Shown: positions 1 to 14,329 of the stretch, one piece after another | Numbering within the stretch: the stretch's first letter is position 1 | Layout of the letters: the number at the start of each line of letters is the position of its first letter | Assembly: GCA_976226885.1 (NCBI GenBank) | Contig: OZ320314.1 | Location: forward strand, 31,000,001 to 31,064,000 | Direction of reading: 5' to 3' | Length of the DNA stretch: 64,000 nucleotides | DNA from: Iphione sp. A-MEVVRFRX5 | Lineage: Eukaryota | Position numbers and translations under genes: made by a program | Notes under the pieces: model-generated | The model's input: the letters and a program-made list of their open reading frames with translations, nothing else | The model's database searches: none | Told to the model about the DNA's origin: nothing

Positions 1-633
1 GTTTCAGAGCAGAATAATTTTAGGATATAAACAATGTTCCTGTACGCTTCATAAGGAAAAAAAATCACACACAAAATAGATGATACAAAATTTGTGCACA
101 ACGAGGAGATTAAAAGGGGTTATAAGGAATAAGAAGAGGAGAGGCCTTGTCAGCACCATCAGGAAATATCGTTGGCTCTTACACACAGGCTGAATGGGAA
201 TTTTAATGTATATATATGAATGAGCAAGTTAAACAAAACCCAACAGTGCGGTAAAACAATTACAGTCATTGACGCTATATATTAATCTTCAATTTAGCAG
301 GTGGTGGGTGAACAATAACATGTCGACTCAGAGACATTACACAATAATTTATTGCATATCTCAGCTGTGAAGATCCAAAACCAGCGGAGGACAACACCAA
401 AATCTCTGCGCGTCTTCTTAATTAATATCATTTGCATTAGGCCTACTAAACTATATCCGCTTTTCATAAACCCTACTAACCCTGACCTTCCTGGTAATGA
501 AACTTTTGCTTTTTTGTTTTGTGAGTAAAATCTTCAGAATAAATAATGCTACAGACCCATAAAATACACTTTCCTTTAAATAAAGCCTAAAGAGGGAACA
601 CATGAACAGACATAACCTATCATCACCATGTAA

Positions 634-941
634 GGCGCTGTTCACATGCATCCTGACAAAAAATAAGTCCCCGCATGTGGGTCTGGAGTTACCACCCACA
701 GTGTTCAGTAGTTAATTGCTTCCATATGGTCTACAGATGTCTGTTTACTATTGCATTCTATGGAATGCGCATGCAGATCCAGAGAATATCCATGCCACAC
801 AGTTTGAAATCCAGATCCACATGCGGATGCAGACAAATCCGCCTATATCTGAATGCTACAAGAGATCAGAATGGGTGTAAAAATGTCTGCACCTGTCTCC
901 GGAGGTGGAGCAGAAAAATCAGGATGCATGTGAACACCACC
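634..941. mobile_element. PIF/Harbinger-type MITE (308 bp) with TAA target-site duplication
   Basis: The left end GGCGCTGTTCACATGCATCCTGA (634-) and right end TCAGGATGCATGTGAACACCACC (-941) are imperfect inverted repeats with a 17-bp exact core. TAA lies at 631-633 and 942-944. GG termini plus a 3-bp TAA TSD are hallmarks of Harbinger. Confidence 0.85.
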
Positions 942-2829
942 TAAGGAAGGCAAATTGAAACCTTCAATAATCCAACTATCTTGTGGAGGCCGATCCCAGA
1001 ACATCAAGATCAGTGGCAAACGTAGTTACAATAGTGTCCTGGACACAGTATTACGAGTGTCTTCACCCAAACTGCCAAAATCGAAAATAGGTACATGGAT
1101 ATGGGAAAATTGAATATTTTGCAGTGGACTTAAACGTGTACTGGCTGAGAAAAAACAGTTAAACCATACCGTGACGAAGTGCAGATTGTATGAAATCCAC
1201 GGCCAATATGTAGGATCCCATGAATTACACGCACCTGATTGTTCTATTATAAAATAAATGCTTATAAAGGCATTTTATGTGCATCTACCTCTGTGTTTCT
1301 AAATAACACACATAATTATATGAACCTCCTTATATTCCATGATAAAATCTTTCATCAAACTATGGAATAAAGGGACTCCAAAGTTGAATAAATATTGCCC
1401 GAATGGTCTGATGGCTGATATGATGAGGTGCCTCCACGTAACCTTGGAAACTGAGGTTTGAGCACGTGGCCGTGTCTATGGGGAGTCTGCGTCCCATCCA
1501 TAGGCGGTTATTGACAGAGGGTGTCATCTAACAATAAACGAGCCCAGTTGAAAGAGAAATTCGTGTAGACGAAGGGTCTGTGTTCAAGCCTTTTTAAATC
1601 GAGGGCTCGTTCCTGGCTTGACGTCAGCGAATGAAGCACTCTCTACAATGGCTTGTATAAAAGCCAGTGCCGTTACCGTATACGAAGTGAAAGGACACTT
1701 AACTCGAGCTTATCCCCACTTATGTCTTTATAAATACAATGTGTCACATAAACAAACTGTTCATATCAAGTGCATTGGTTTACCATTTGTAATCTTCCGT
1801 GCAATTAATACAAACATGCCACCTTTCATAAATCAGTACTTCTAAGACCAAACACATGTTTGGTATCAGCGCAGTATTCATTATTTCCCCCTTTCTGGTT
1901 ATTCTGATATTGGAATCACTTGTGTTATGTAGCCTAAAACCACATCATTATTTACATGTATTTTTATATTATTCATGGTATATAATATTTCACTCTTCTG
2001 GTATTTCATTCTATGCTCACTATTCTATGCTTAATATCAAATACAAATATGAAACTATTAATACCTTCAATATGCTGTTGTCAATTGCAGTAGCGGATCA
2101 ACTCTTAAATATTAAAACTACATGTAGTTATATTTTCCTGTGAAATTTATTAAAGTATTCATATTTCACTTAAAACATATAAGCTTAAATGTTTACTAGC
2201 ACATTAACATGTATAACAAACACTTCAGTGTGAGTCACACACTATATGAAGCACACACGTACCAATAACGTACTAAGATCAGCATAATTTTTCAAATAAT
2301 GTGGAGGAAAATAGCATGACATAATAAATCTTGAAACTTGAAAAAAAGATGTTCAACATTTATGAATGAATACAAATTGTGAAATAATGTTCAAATACAC
2401 ATTGTGGAGTAATGCTAAATTTTCATGTACATGTGCAGCATGTAGCATGATTGGTGGCCAGGGGAGTGCTATGAAAATCCTTTCTGTTGGGGCATGCATG
2501 TCCGTGTACATGTAGCATGTTCATCATAAAATACCGCAGTAGATCAGCATATAGTACCTATTGAAAATGTGTTTCTTGTAGGTAAAACATGGTGGAATGG
2601 GACTTTTCCAAAATGAAACTTTAGTCTAGGAACACAATAGAGAATATTTTCTTTGCTATGAGTTTTGTAAGCCATTTGATTCACCTCAATGAGGACTAAA
2701 AATGACATCTATGTCTTCGGAAAGGCTACCACAACTCCGCATAGCGACGAATTGGTAGTAATAAAAACACACCGTATCTGAAAACAAACTTGGGCTTTAC
2801 AAGAAATTACCACAATGTCAGAAAGCTGT

Positions 2830-3250
2830 AATGATGTCTTTGAACGTCTCAGTTTGTGTCATTTGTGACTAGTCTAAGGCAATACCCTGGTGTACCTATT
2901 GAAAGTTTTGTCTCTTGCCACAATGGTCACCGTTTCTCAGAGCAACTGTACCCGTTACCTGCTGTCCTGACTGTGACCATATCATCTATTATCCATAGCT
3001 ATATGGCCCATCTCTTCCTGCGCAAACACTTGGGCTGGACATCCATGTGTGCCTTTCTATCTGTATGGATCTTTTGGAAATGGGGTGGTGTTCCAATTTT
3101 TGCATTAATGGATCTGTATGGCAAAAGTGGGATTAATGATTCATTTGTAATTCCGTCTCTCTCCTGCTGATCTCATACTGCAACTATATACGCAGGTGTT
3201 GTGCATACGCCGTATACATGGATATCTCCTCAAAATCCTACGGTGATGGC
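2830..3250 (-). pseudogene. Degenerate 3-prime fragment of a non-LTR retrotransposon ORF2 (RTE-like)
   Basis: Minus-strand frames give ITNESL, RRKRWA, GHIAMDNR and TVRTA in order, resembling the RTE C-terminal RWAGHIARxxDNRWT motif. Several stops and frameshifts are present. Confidence 0.35.
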
Positions 3251-3985
3251 TGTAAAGCGTTTAGGTTGTGTATCCAAAGCGAGGATTATTTCAGTATCAC
3301 TTATACTAATAGATTAAAATGTCAAAGAAGACATCTTGTGATTACTTTTTTATGCCAACGTGGTTCTCCACTATCTTAAAATCATTCAGTACCTCAATTA
3401 GCTACATATTAATAACAGTTTCATTTCCTTGCTCATTTTTAACTTTAGGCTTTTGTATTCGGTTTCGGTAATTATTCATTTTCTGCCAAGGCAACGACTC
3501 TGAAAGCCTGAAGCTACGAAAAAGGTTTTAACAAACCTCCTGGAAGTCCTCAGTGGAAAAGGCCGGTCTGAATTAAGGACCCATTTTCTAGCTGAGCAGG
3601 TTAAAAAGTATGTTCTGTCCTTTTTTCTCGCTGCACTATGTTAAGGACGAAAAGGAAACCGACGAAGGATGTGCAGTTGTTATGTGTCGTTTCAGAATGA
3701 GCCCAATCTTCGCACCCGGTGGCTTAAGCAACAGTCCTAATTTTGGTTATAAAGAAACGCTTATTTAACAGCACACTTGTGTTCAACGCATGCACCATAT
3801 TAGGTGACGTCGTGCTAGCCTGTCTGGTCTTAGGTTTTTCATACGATAATTCGTCTCAGGAAAGAAATGTCTGTACTGCACCGAACTAAAATACTGTTTC
3901 TAACGGTGCATTTATATTAAATTATAAGAGACTTGATAGCCCATAAAATAACACTTTCAAAGTAATGTCATATATGACCACAGTA

Positions 3986-4155
3986 CAGTGGAGTCTCTAT
4001 TTACAACCACATCGTTTTGTGACCATTCTCTATTTCAGACCACCTGAGATGGGTACCAAAATGCTGATTTCTATACATTTGATACTCTATTTACAACCTC
4101 TTTATACAACCATTTGAGCTTGGTCCCAAGTGGTGGTCGTAAATAGTCTCCACTG
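3986..4155. mobile_element. Tc1/mariner (pogo/Tigger-like) MITE, CAGT..ACTG ends, TA TSD
   Basis: The left end is TA|CAGTGGAGTCTCTATTTACAACCAC and the right end is GTGGTCGTAAATAGTCTCCACTG|TA. These are inverted termini flanked by TA on both sides. Confidence 0.8.
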
Positions 4156-6889
4156 TATATCATAAAAATCAGGTCCGACAAATGGATCAGATAGATATTT
4201 TTGACGTACTTGTGTTTGTATAATATTTAAATATGGATATCGTTCATGTAAAGACGAGGCAAAACCAATACTTTGACCCAGTGCCGCCTTGGAGTCTCTG
4301 ACGAAAAAGAGGATATCATAGTTTACACCAAAATGGCAAGGAAAGGTATTATACTTGTACTGGTTAAAGCGTATGAATCCTGACAACCCACAAACCCGGA
4401 CAGCGTGGAATCTAAACCTTTAGCGGGCAAGCACTTATATTTCAATATTTCTGTGTGTTCCTCCACAGAAATATACACGGGCACCTTTAAATACAGTAGC
4501 GAAGATCAAGGGTATAGGAAATTTAGACCATCGAAGGAAAGGTTAGAAAATAATCAGCACGTTCATATCAGACCATTCAAGAGAAACGTACATTGGAATG
4601 AACTTTTCAGCCTGTGTGGTATAGGCCAACATTTTGTCCAAGGCTGAAGCTAAAAGATTTGTTATGGGCTGGCAGGTCAGCCGATTATGGATTTATCTAT
4701 GTGGATAACATGTGGGGAACTAGCTAAGTCCAACTGTCGAGGACACACGACAGATGAAGAGTGGTAGGCCACCGACATCAACCCATGTACACGTAGGACA
4801 GTATCTGCAATGGTCAGTCTCCAAATGGATCGCACATACACACGTAAGACAGTATCTGGAACGAGCAGTTTGCAAAGAGATCCAAACGAAGAGACTCCTC
4901 ATTTAGCACAGACATGTGTAAATATGAGAAAAGAGGGAAGGTCGATAAGCTGAATTGGAAACGATACTTAAAGACGAGACGATTCGGCGTTGGCTGGTCT
5001 GTTATAAGGCAAGTGCCAATGGAGAGGCCCGCGTCGGTAGATATAAACACATGTTCAAACTAACTGCGGGGTGGGGGACAGAAGTTCTCATAGGACTCAG
5101 GTCTCAGTAATGTCAGGCGCAACAACCTATACTGGGCAGTTTCACACGGACAAACATGTAACAAGGCGATTGATACTGCGAGGAAGGTAGGAACGAGCCT
5201 TTGAAAGGTAGACGCTGACCCCACCTTGGGAGGGACCAGAAATGTTCACGTCAGACGGATTGTCACGCCATCTATGGGGACGGCATGACGTTTACCAAAG
5301 CAGACATTTTGACATATCGGTATTGTATCGCGGGTAAAGCCATATAGATGGCTTTCACACAATATTTCAGAGGACGGGGCTGCAAATATTCTCTTTATTC
5401 GAACGACTTACCAATACTAAGGCTTCAAGCTGAATGAAGAAGAATGGCAAACATCCTCACCCCCGAAAATGATGAAATAGTTTTAGCACGCAGGACGATG
5501 AATGACCGAGTGTGGGCAGGTACCAGGGTCTTCACAGAAGATCAAGCCGCAACCCTGACAGGAGGAGGGGCTTTGAATAATCCCGACCAAATGAGGTTTC
5601 AGCACGCCACAAGATGTAGCGCAGTTGGATCGTGGGGTCAGCTAGCAGTGAAGAAGCGAAGCTGCTGTCATGAAAAATAGCCATCTTTTGCATGCACCTT
5701 ATGAGCAAGACTTGCAAATATCAGGCCATTTATTTACATTTGACATAGACGGATACATCTCTAGGAATGGTCAGCGTTGCCTCATTGAAAAAAAAGAATA
5801 AGATGGAAGTGAGGCGAACGGACATCGAACCGACATCGCGCAGAAGTAACACGAAGGGCCATAGAGCAAAAAAAAGAGAAAAACTTGAGAAATGGTGCAT
5901 CGCTCGCACACAAGACCCTACATGGACCTTAATGCGTTGACATCGGTACAGTATCGATGCCGAACGTACTTAATATGCGGCGTATCGACAGGGGAAACCT
6001 GAGAAAGTCGACACACCCTTGGGAGTTGAGACAGAAGGCGGGAAGAGGAGGACTGTACTGCCAAAACGTACGAGGCACGACACGTTGTGCGCCTGACACA
6101 GGTCGTATACGGGACTGCCACATGTCCACAAGGGCCGGCAGGCAGGGTGCGTGCACTCACATAGGAATACGTGGCCTGGGTGGGTGTTTCTCGACTACAG
6201 TTGCCATCAGAATCACCGCCACCACCTGGGGGCGATCTGTCTTATCTACATCAGCCTACTAGGCAACCACGGCACTGTGTTTAAAGCAGCTCCGCAAGAA
6301 ATGAGACTTATTGTGTCTGGAATGGTGTGTCGTATGAGTGCTGCTTATGGAGACTCACATGGCACCGGTACCATAACGAAGCCCCCACTTAATTCTTCAT
6401 AAGAGAGACTGTCCTACAGAGGAGGGGGGGGGGGGGCTAAGGGGCAAATCCACGTCTTCCTGAGAGACAATAAGTCACTACATAAGTCGGAGAAGGCCCT
6501 CCAGGACTTAGTGCCAGACGGCACCAAAGGGGCTTCTGCTATGCAAGCAAACAATCAGACAGCGCCATAAACAGGCACAGTCAATAAGAGAGTGGCAGAG
6601 CACAAACGGTCCCTACATTAGCAGACTGCAGGCCGTTTCTCATGCTCGACGTTCCCCCCCCCCCCCCCCCCCCATGCGACTTGGCAGATGGATGGGCAGC
6701 CGATGAGCGTAGCTTGGTGTAGAGACAGGGAGTCCATCGTGAGAAGTAAATTGAACTTTATTTCTTTTACATGACCTCTGCTGTAAAAGAGGCGTTTACA
6801 TCCAGACGCTCCTTGCCTGACACGTTTTTTTTATATATGTGGATGTGTTAATCAGAATAAATACCTCTATATGTGATTAGATGTACATA

Positions 6890-7135
6890 CAATAACATGC
6901 TTGTAGCCCTCTAACACCTTTTAAATACTTCAATGATATTTAAAGAAAAAAATTAATAGTTTTGACATCTTGGTGTATAAGCGTATTCAGCTAACATATT
7001 TAATGTCATCTCACTGAAAGTGTTAATGGTGTACCCTTTTCAATCAGTATCAACATTTTAACAGGTTTAAACCTAAAATCTCATTCATAGTGTGTGCGTG
7101 ACAAATTGATAGATATAAACTGAATTTTATTATCA
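6890..7135 (+). repeat. Copy of an old AT-rich dispersed repeat family
   Basis: It aligns by eye with 11010-11210 (ACATGyTTrTAGCCyTCTAAyA..AAATACTTyAAT..; TTAACAGGTT). Shorter inverted copies lie near 2130-2215, 12950-13040 and 47490-47560. Confidence 0.55.
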
Positions 7136-7927
7136 GCCAATGTAAAAGTTCAACAGGGTTGACTAGTGGTGGGAATTATATGGCCAAATAATGTACAGCT
7201 ACCGTTCTAGCACCTCTTCGACATAACTAAATGTATGTGAATAAAGCTCGTTCATTCTTTGTGTTCAGGATACATTATTATTACCACGTAAGCAGACAGT
7301 ACCGATCATGCCTACCAAACCATAACATTATTGAAAGTTCAGGACCGATATTGCCTACTTACAGGGTGCGTTGTGCGACGCCTACCAATCTGTCTAAATC
7401 ACTGGATATGAACATGTTTTGCCCCGTTCAAAGCGTTATGTATGGGCTCACTAACCAGCTAGCGCCGGCAGGAACGTCTATACATACTCCACCTACGGAA
7501 TGAGAGCGTTGTTCTGGATTAGGTAAGGGCAATCTGAAATTCTATCGGCTGTTTCATGAATAATTCACCACTAGGCCCCCCTATAACGGGTTAAGAAGCA
7601 TGACGTGATTATCAGGACTGCTGTTCTTACAGGGAACTACAACGGTACGGTCACAAGGGAGAGGCTGTCCCATCATGCTGTCCGTTAGTACATGCCAGAA
7701 AGCCCAAGGTAGGACCTAAATATCGCGGGCTGAATGAAAAGGGGAAAAAAGAGAGACGCAGGAGAAAAGGAGAGAGTGACAAAGAGACAGAGAGAGACAT
7801 ACGATTGGGTGAAGAGAATGACAGTAAATGAAAAAGAGGGGGAGATATGGGGAAAATCGGGTGAAAGTAAAGGGAAAAAGAATAAAGACGCGGGAAAGTC
7901 AACGAATAAGAGAGACATGAGAGAGAC

Positions 7928-7929
<2 letters not shown>

Positions 7930-7996
<67 letters not shown>
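7930..7996. repeat. (GA)n microsatellite inside a purine-rich low-complexity tract (~7725-8330)
   Basis: Directly visible uninterrupted AG run. It explains the spurious LSLSLS ORFs on the minus strand. Confidence 0.97.
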
Positions 7997-7999
<3 letters not shown>

Positions 8000-10900
8000 G
8001 GTAAATATAAGAGAAAGCAAAAAGTGAGAGAGAAAAAAATAAAGGGGGTCGCAGTGAATAAAAATATGGCAGACTGAGAGATGAAGAAAATGAAAGTGAA
8101 TGAATGAAAGTGAGAAAAAAAGAGAGAGAGAGAGATTGGGGTGAGGGGAGTGACAGTGAAACGGAGACAGAGATGCGGTGAAAAGGGTGAAAGTGAGCGA
8201 ATGAAATAGAGAGGAAATAAAAGAACGAGAATGCGAGAAAAAATGAGAGAGGGAAGGAGGGAGGAAGGGAGTGCTTTTAACAGTAAAAACGATGTGGTAC
8301 TGCGAGGCAACAAGACAGACATAGCTACATGAATGTATAGAATGAATCGAAAGAGGAAAACAGATTTATTGACAAATGAGCTGAACATATATGCATGGAG
8401 ACAAGGTTTTTCATTCGATGCTTATCTAGCCTTTTAGTGTAACAGGCAGCGCTAAAAGCCTAATGAGGAGGAGTACTTGATGTAGCTAACTAAACATCAA
8501 ATGATAATCTATAGGTTGAATCTTACGTAAAGCTTTCCTGTTCTCCATATATCAAGCTACTAATAAATGTTCTTAGTTTAACCACATATATTGATGTGGG
8601 ATGGCTGGACTGGGAGCAAATCCATCATAGCTATAGAAGTGCAGGGCTCTAATATATTTCCTTGCAGGTATAATTCGCACTTTATGATTACATACGTATG
8701 ATTCTACACTGGTTGCATGAGCTTCAGGATGTGGTCACTAACGAATCGTATTTAAGATGAAATGTGGATGATCCATTTTGTCAACTAAATAGTGCTGTTA
8801 CTAGCCGTTCTGGCTGCCTTCAGGTTACTGCGACTGATAAAGGCTACTTCTACATAAACATTCGAAACCGTGTCTTTCCAGATTCAAGTAATATTTCAGC
8901 TGAAGGCTATCAAGCTACAACATAGAGACAATTGCGAACTGTTGGCCAACCGCAAAGGAAAGTCTTGGTCAAAGTATTTTTTCCACAATTTGTATCTTGT
9001 TACTGTGGTAACATCCAGCGCAAAGATCATTGCGTCCAGCCATTGTGTATCATTATACAGATGTTTTGACAACATGGCCAGCATAGCACCAAACGGCACT
9101 AATTCTGTGAAAGGCTGTATATACACACGTATGTATATACACACAAACATATATGCAACGTTCGGCTCTTTTCATGAGCATTACGAGGCAGGTGCACCGG
9201 GTCTATATGAGACTGATGCACTTTACTGGGGAAACTTTTCTTCCGCCTCTATTTTATGCTTCAGCAATCGCATGACAAATAGCCCCGTTCGCTGTCAGAA
9301 CAAATACCCTGCGCATCCACAGGCATTAAATTACCAGCCACATTCACGCACCGCTTCCTACTCGCTCTCACTTAATGGTTGGTTCTGAGCGATAGAAGTG
9401 CTCTGTCTACTGAACTGTAAGGGAATATGATCGCTATGTTCCTATTAAATTGCAACTTTGTCTTACTTCCGGTATCACCGAGTAAAATGCGAACCCCAGG
9501 AAATAAAATGATGTGTTTGAGACATACAACGATGCTATTTTGTCATGTTGACAAGTCAACGTCTTACCGACAAAATAATTTAAAACCTGGTTATCTCTGT
9601 CATGCAGTTTTATGCCGCAGGAATAAATGTCTTTATATTCTCAGTTCTCACATCAACTGGCGTAAAGTATGATGCATTGCTGTTACAAATGTAAATCTCT
9701 CCCTGGGTCAGGACAGGATAACACTCCGTAATCTCTGATGAAAATAAATTCTATGAGAATCTTAACCTTGTAGTTATTTGTTTCTAATTCACTTGGATGG
9801 GAAATTCTGTGAATTTGGGATTTTCATCTTGCCAATCCGCCGATGTATGGCTGTGCCATTCATCGAACGATTCGCTGACTAGTTTCCCTGCAAATCAAAA
9901 ATGGAGCTACCCTGCCAAATTTAGTTTAATATTTTTGGTCGGGACAGCATTTCTCTTTAAGATAAACGGCTGTTCTTGATCTCTTTGGAAACCTGAGCAG
10001 ACTTTGGCATACGGGTGGAAATACAGGTAGCAGGATCTGACTGATCAGTCAGAGCGATCGGTTAAAAAGCCAGGTCGGGACACAGCAGAGACCAGCCCGA
10101 AAGCTCCAATCTTGTCGGTCGTTGTAACCATCTTCAGTCCAATACTGCCAGGGATGCCGTCCACATACAACAAGGTTAATTTAATCAGTGTGCTTGGCAA
10201 TGGTCCTGGTAGACAGAAGCCTGGAAGCCTCATCAATGACAGTCTTCCTTTCCAGGACAGAATATCTTCTTTTAATGAGACAGTGGCAATGAATGCGACA
10301 CAAAGCCATAATTCCTTATTTATTACTGTGAATTTGTCGAAGGATGCTATAGAATAAAATACATGAAAAAATGATAATTGATCACTTTCATCATAAATCC
10401 TGCTTTGGAGGCATCTGTTTATATAACGTAACTATATATTGTTGTCTATCAGCTGGACAATTGTTTGTGTATAAAATGCCAAAGACAGTTCTTCCCAGAA
10501 GTATTAATTGTCTAGTCACGATAGACATACTTATGTATAGTTTCTATAGTATCATGAGGAATATTATCTTTCTTCGTACTGCTGCACTGTCCTCCTAGCT
10601 CGATCCGACATTTTAAAATGCTCTGTTTCTTTTGTATATAAAATGGCCTGTTTCCTACTGCAGGTGGTCCACACACCTCAGGCAGTAATTGGTCGCTCAT
10701 GCATTCCTCCCAGGGCAGAGATGATTATCCGCTGAGCTGGTGCTTCCAGCTGCTTTCCCGTGGTGCCTATGGCGGCATTGACGTCCAGGGAGGCAATCAA
10801 ATTTCTATCCTACAATCAGACGCTGATGGATTATATGTTGAGATGGGAAAGGCAATTTAGTCCAGCATGAACTCCGCAAATATATTCATTAAAGCACCTG

Positions 10901-11009
10901 TTTTCTGCTACACTGCACAAACAGCTGCCTAGTTCTAAATATGCTTGGTCTTATGAATGTCAATGTGTAAGCAAACATTAAAGCCAGTATTTATTACAAG
11001 GGTTAATGG

Positions 11010-11210
11010 ATTAACATGTTTATAGCCTTCTAATAGTTTAAAATACTTTAATAGTGTTTACATGAAAAGATAAATGGGCTTAGTATCTAAATGTTTCGGT
11101 TATGCAATAAGTATAATCAAAACCAGCTCATTGAAAACAAATGATTTAGTATTTCTATTCGGTATCAATCATTAACAGGTTAATACTGAAAATATTTTCA
11201 CAGTGTAGAA
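11010..11210 (+). repeat. Second copy of the AT-rich dispersed repeat
   Basis: Colinear similarity to 6890-7135. Confidence 0.55.
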
Positions 11211-11889
11211 AACAGCACATCTGTAGGAGCATTAAACATGTGACTTGTATGTGAATCCACAGTCCCTAGGAAATGGTATATTTTGCAAGGATGCACACGT
11301 AACATTACAGAAGCCAGTGAATATTCGCTGGCGTCTCGATTACATCCTCGAAGATAAGCTTGGACATGCTGAAATGTAGAAAGAGTCGACTGACCCTAAA
11401 TATTTAACAGCTTTAAATTACCCAGTTTCGCCATATTATGCTCCTGTTGGATGGCGCCATAGACTTCGATGAAATTAACTGTCAGTCCGGGAAGACATTT
11501 TTTTCCATTTCTTTAAAAGACGCCCTCTCCTTCCTTTGCTTTTTAGAAGGTTTGCCCGATTTTTGTTCGTTTCGTGTACTACCGTTCAAAAAGAAGAAGG
11601 CCTCTGATTTGGGAGCTGCTGTAGCCAATAAAGTTAAAAGATGATGGAGCAAGAAATTATGCAAGAAGAGAGCATGTGTTGTTAAGGTGATGATTAATCG
11701 AGATAACCGATGAAAATCATTTCTTCAGGAGTGGTCCCATCTGTGAGTAACGAAGAATGATTATGTAGATAACCTCTCGTTGTCTGTCGATGGAAATATT
11801 GCAGCCATCTTCAAAAACGCTATCCTAATCCATATTTTAAAAACTGCATGTGTGAATATCAGAACAGTGGCTGGACACCACTATAAGCA

Positions 11890-11987
11890 CAGTGGAAAGC
11901 CACCTTAGGGACGTCTCCAAAGGGATGTCTCAAGTAGGGACACTTTGGGACAGAACCAAGATTGTCCTGATTAGAGCCTTTCTACTG
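11890..11987. mobile_element. Short CAGT..ACTG MITE (Tc1/mariner-like)
   Basis: CAGTGGAAAG ... CTTTCTACTG|TA, with the left TSD mutated to CA. The internal GCCTTAGGGACGTCTCC-like segment recurs near 37628-37655. Confidence 0.6.
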
Positions 11988-14329
11988 TATTCGCAAATGT
12001 TATCAATTTTGAACTAGTCAGTGTAGTAAAAACTGCTAAATCAAGGCATAAAACCAAACGCCTGAGGATGGCAAGCCTCTACGTTAGAGGCGATGTCTTC
12101 TTCTCGACGTATGCAAAACAAACAGAGCCACTAAGTCGTCTATACCTGGCATGTCACCAGCCTCTACATTTCCTGGTACACTGTACCCCTATTACGGCTA
12201 TGGAGAGTTTCTATGTCATGGAACCTTCCCGTTATTCATCATTACCGAGTCTCTCAAAATATATGTATATACCTTATTCGTAACACTTACTATATAAAAC
12301 ATTGCCTGAAAGTAGTCAAACCATGGGAGAAGATCTTATGTGTATGTGACTTTTTCAAAACCTCATGATTTATTTGCTCTCACATGATATATTCATCTTT
12401 TTTTAGAATAATAGATACTACTATGTGTTTTAAGGTAGAAAGCGGAATATAGATGAAACCAGAAAAAAACTCTGGCACTACTTTTTCAGTTGGGTGTAAT
12501 ATTACTACTCATGTCTGTCCAGTCAAGCAGAATCAAGGGTTGTAAATGCAGGGCAGTCTGGACTTTAGCTTCTTCTCCCTATCTCGGACTACCCCAAACC
12601 ACTCACACCCTTATTGACCAGAGCAGGCACCGAAGGTGCGTGTACTCTTCAAAAGAGTTATTGTCTCCCTATGAAAGTGCTAGTAGTATTTTAAAATTTT
12701 AATACCACAATTTCTTGCAACAAGATATTGCAGCCCTGTAGAAAGATTTTCGTCTCTTGAACAAGGTCACTCTGGAAGAGTCCTTCAATAATAATTACTA
12801 ACCAAATTGGTAATGATATATTTGTCCATTTTGAGCAAATAATGGTAGAGGTTTATCTTTAAATGGATCATCCTACATTGTAAAATACATTTTGAGTTTT
12901 AACGTGTTAATACCATATACAAACATTTAATAAGCTGGCGTCGAATGTAGCGGCTGCAGAAACCAGTGTTTTCTAGTAAATATCATTAAAGTAATTTCAA
13001 ATTGTATGAAGCCTCAAACATGCTTATGTATATTGATTTTTTTAAACACATGCACCTGTTAATTTTTATCATTACATTCATGTGCATACTGAACATGTGT
13101 TTGGGCAGTGTAGCAAACGGTACAATGTTTATTTCTGTAGGAATGTCTGTGGACAGTGGTTACAACCTTTCGTCTTAAATGTTTTTTTATTCACTCTTAA
13201 ATACCCCCTAGAAAATCCACATGTGCCCTATTGACATCGCTACAGTCTCGATAATTGCCTGCACCTACCATCCGCCCAGGCTTGTGGAATAAGCCCCATC
13301 CGCCGTGCTGCCCTGTCTCCCAACTCTCTATTTACTCCCACCACATCACGCCCTTTTCAATCTCCCAGTCTTCATAGCATCACCTTTTCTCCCACTCTTT
13401 CCACAGCACGTGTCGTGCCTTTCCCTAAGTCTCCCCCCCCGCGTCAATAGCCTTGATGGAACCAGATGTTTCGTGACTGCTGTGGATATTTCATTACCGA
13501 GGTCTCCTGGACCTATCCTCACCGATGATTCTCCTAAGAGCTGGCGTTGGTCGTCTGGGAGACAGAACGAATGGACGTATATATGGGGCGCCTGCACCTG
13601 CTGCTAGAACGTAATAATACTTGCTCATAATGAGATACAGCAGGAGGGCCGACTGGCGAGCCTCTCCTCGTGTCACTGGAGGACCTCACTGTCTAGGTGT
13701 GGGTGGGTAGTGTGATCTTATACATTGTTATAAAGAAGAAAAATATGTATGTCTGCAATTCGTGTGGACACTTAAGACTCACCGTAAGGCCATAAGAATG
13801 GTTATATGCCTCTGCTGGGGAATCTTCACTAAAGGGAAATATAATATTGCATAAGCTTCTACAGCAGATGATGCACGGAAATATCAGCATGGAATCATTT
13901 TGAGAAAATTATGGAACAGAGAGACTAGCTGAATATTTTGCGACATAAATGGATCAAACGAATTTACAGGACTGCCTATACTTGAGTTACAAGGAAGAAG
14001 ATCTACATGTATTACCAGGGAGCCATCCCTAGCCCCTGATGCAGTGACACATATTTTTGCCATTTGCAGCGGGCGGGGCTAGTGGTCAGAATGACAGCCG
14101 ATGTGTGTATTAAATATGTGTAGCCAACGTATTAAAGATTATTCCCACAAAGTTTGGACAGTTTTTGTTAGGGATTTATGAAAGTGTGGTTGCTGAAAGA
14201 TGACACTTTTAAGATGGTTCACAGACTTTACAGTGAAATGCTTCCTTCCGAATGACGCTTTTGCATGAATAAGAGACACCATGCCTGCCGATGAGTGGAT
14301 GGGTCCATTGAACCTTGCATATTAGAAAC

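Noticed and set aside
4700-6410. GC-richer coding-like block, possibly a decayed Gypsy pol (FDISVLYRG; FISTDAG on the opposite strand)
   Set aside because: The candidate motifs fall on opposite strands, and no YxDD or integrase core could be traced. Not supportable without a search.
7651-8388. 245-aa and 111-aa minus-strand ORFs
   Set aside because: They are translation artefacts of the GA-rich low-complexity tract (LSLSLS).
10045-10236. ORF with LLYVDG and GFLTDRS, RT-like
   Set aside because: The motif order does not match LINE RT, so this is likely coincidence.
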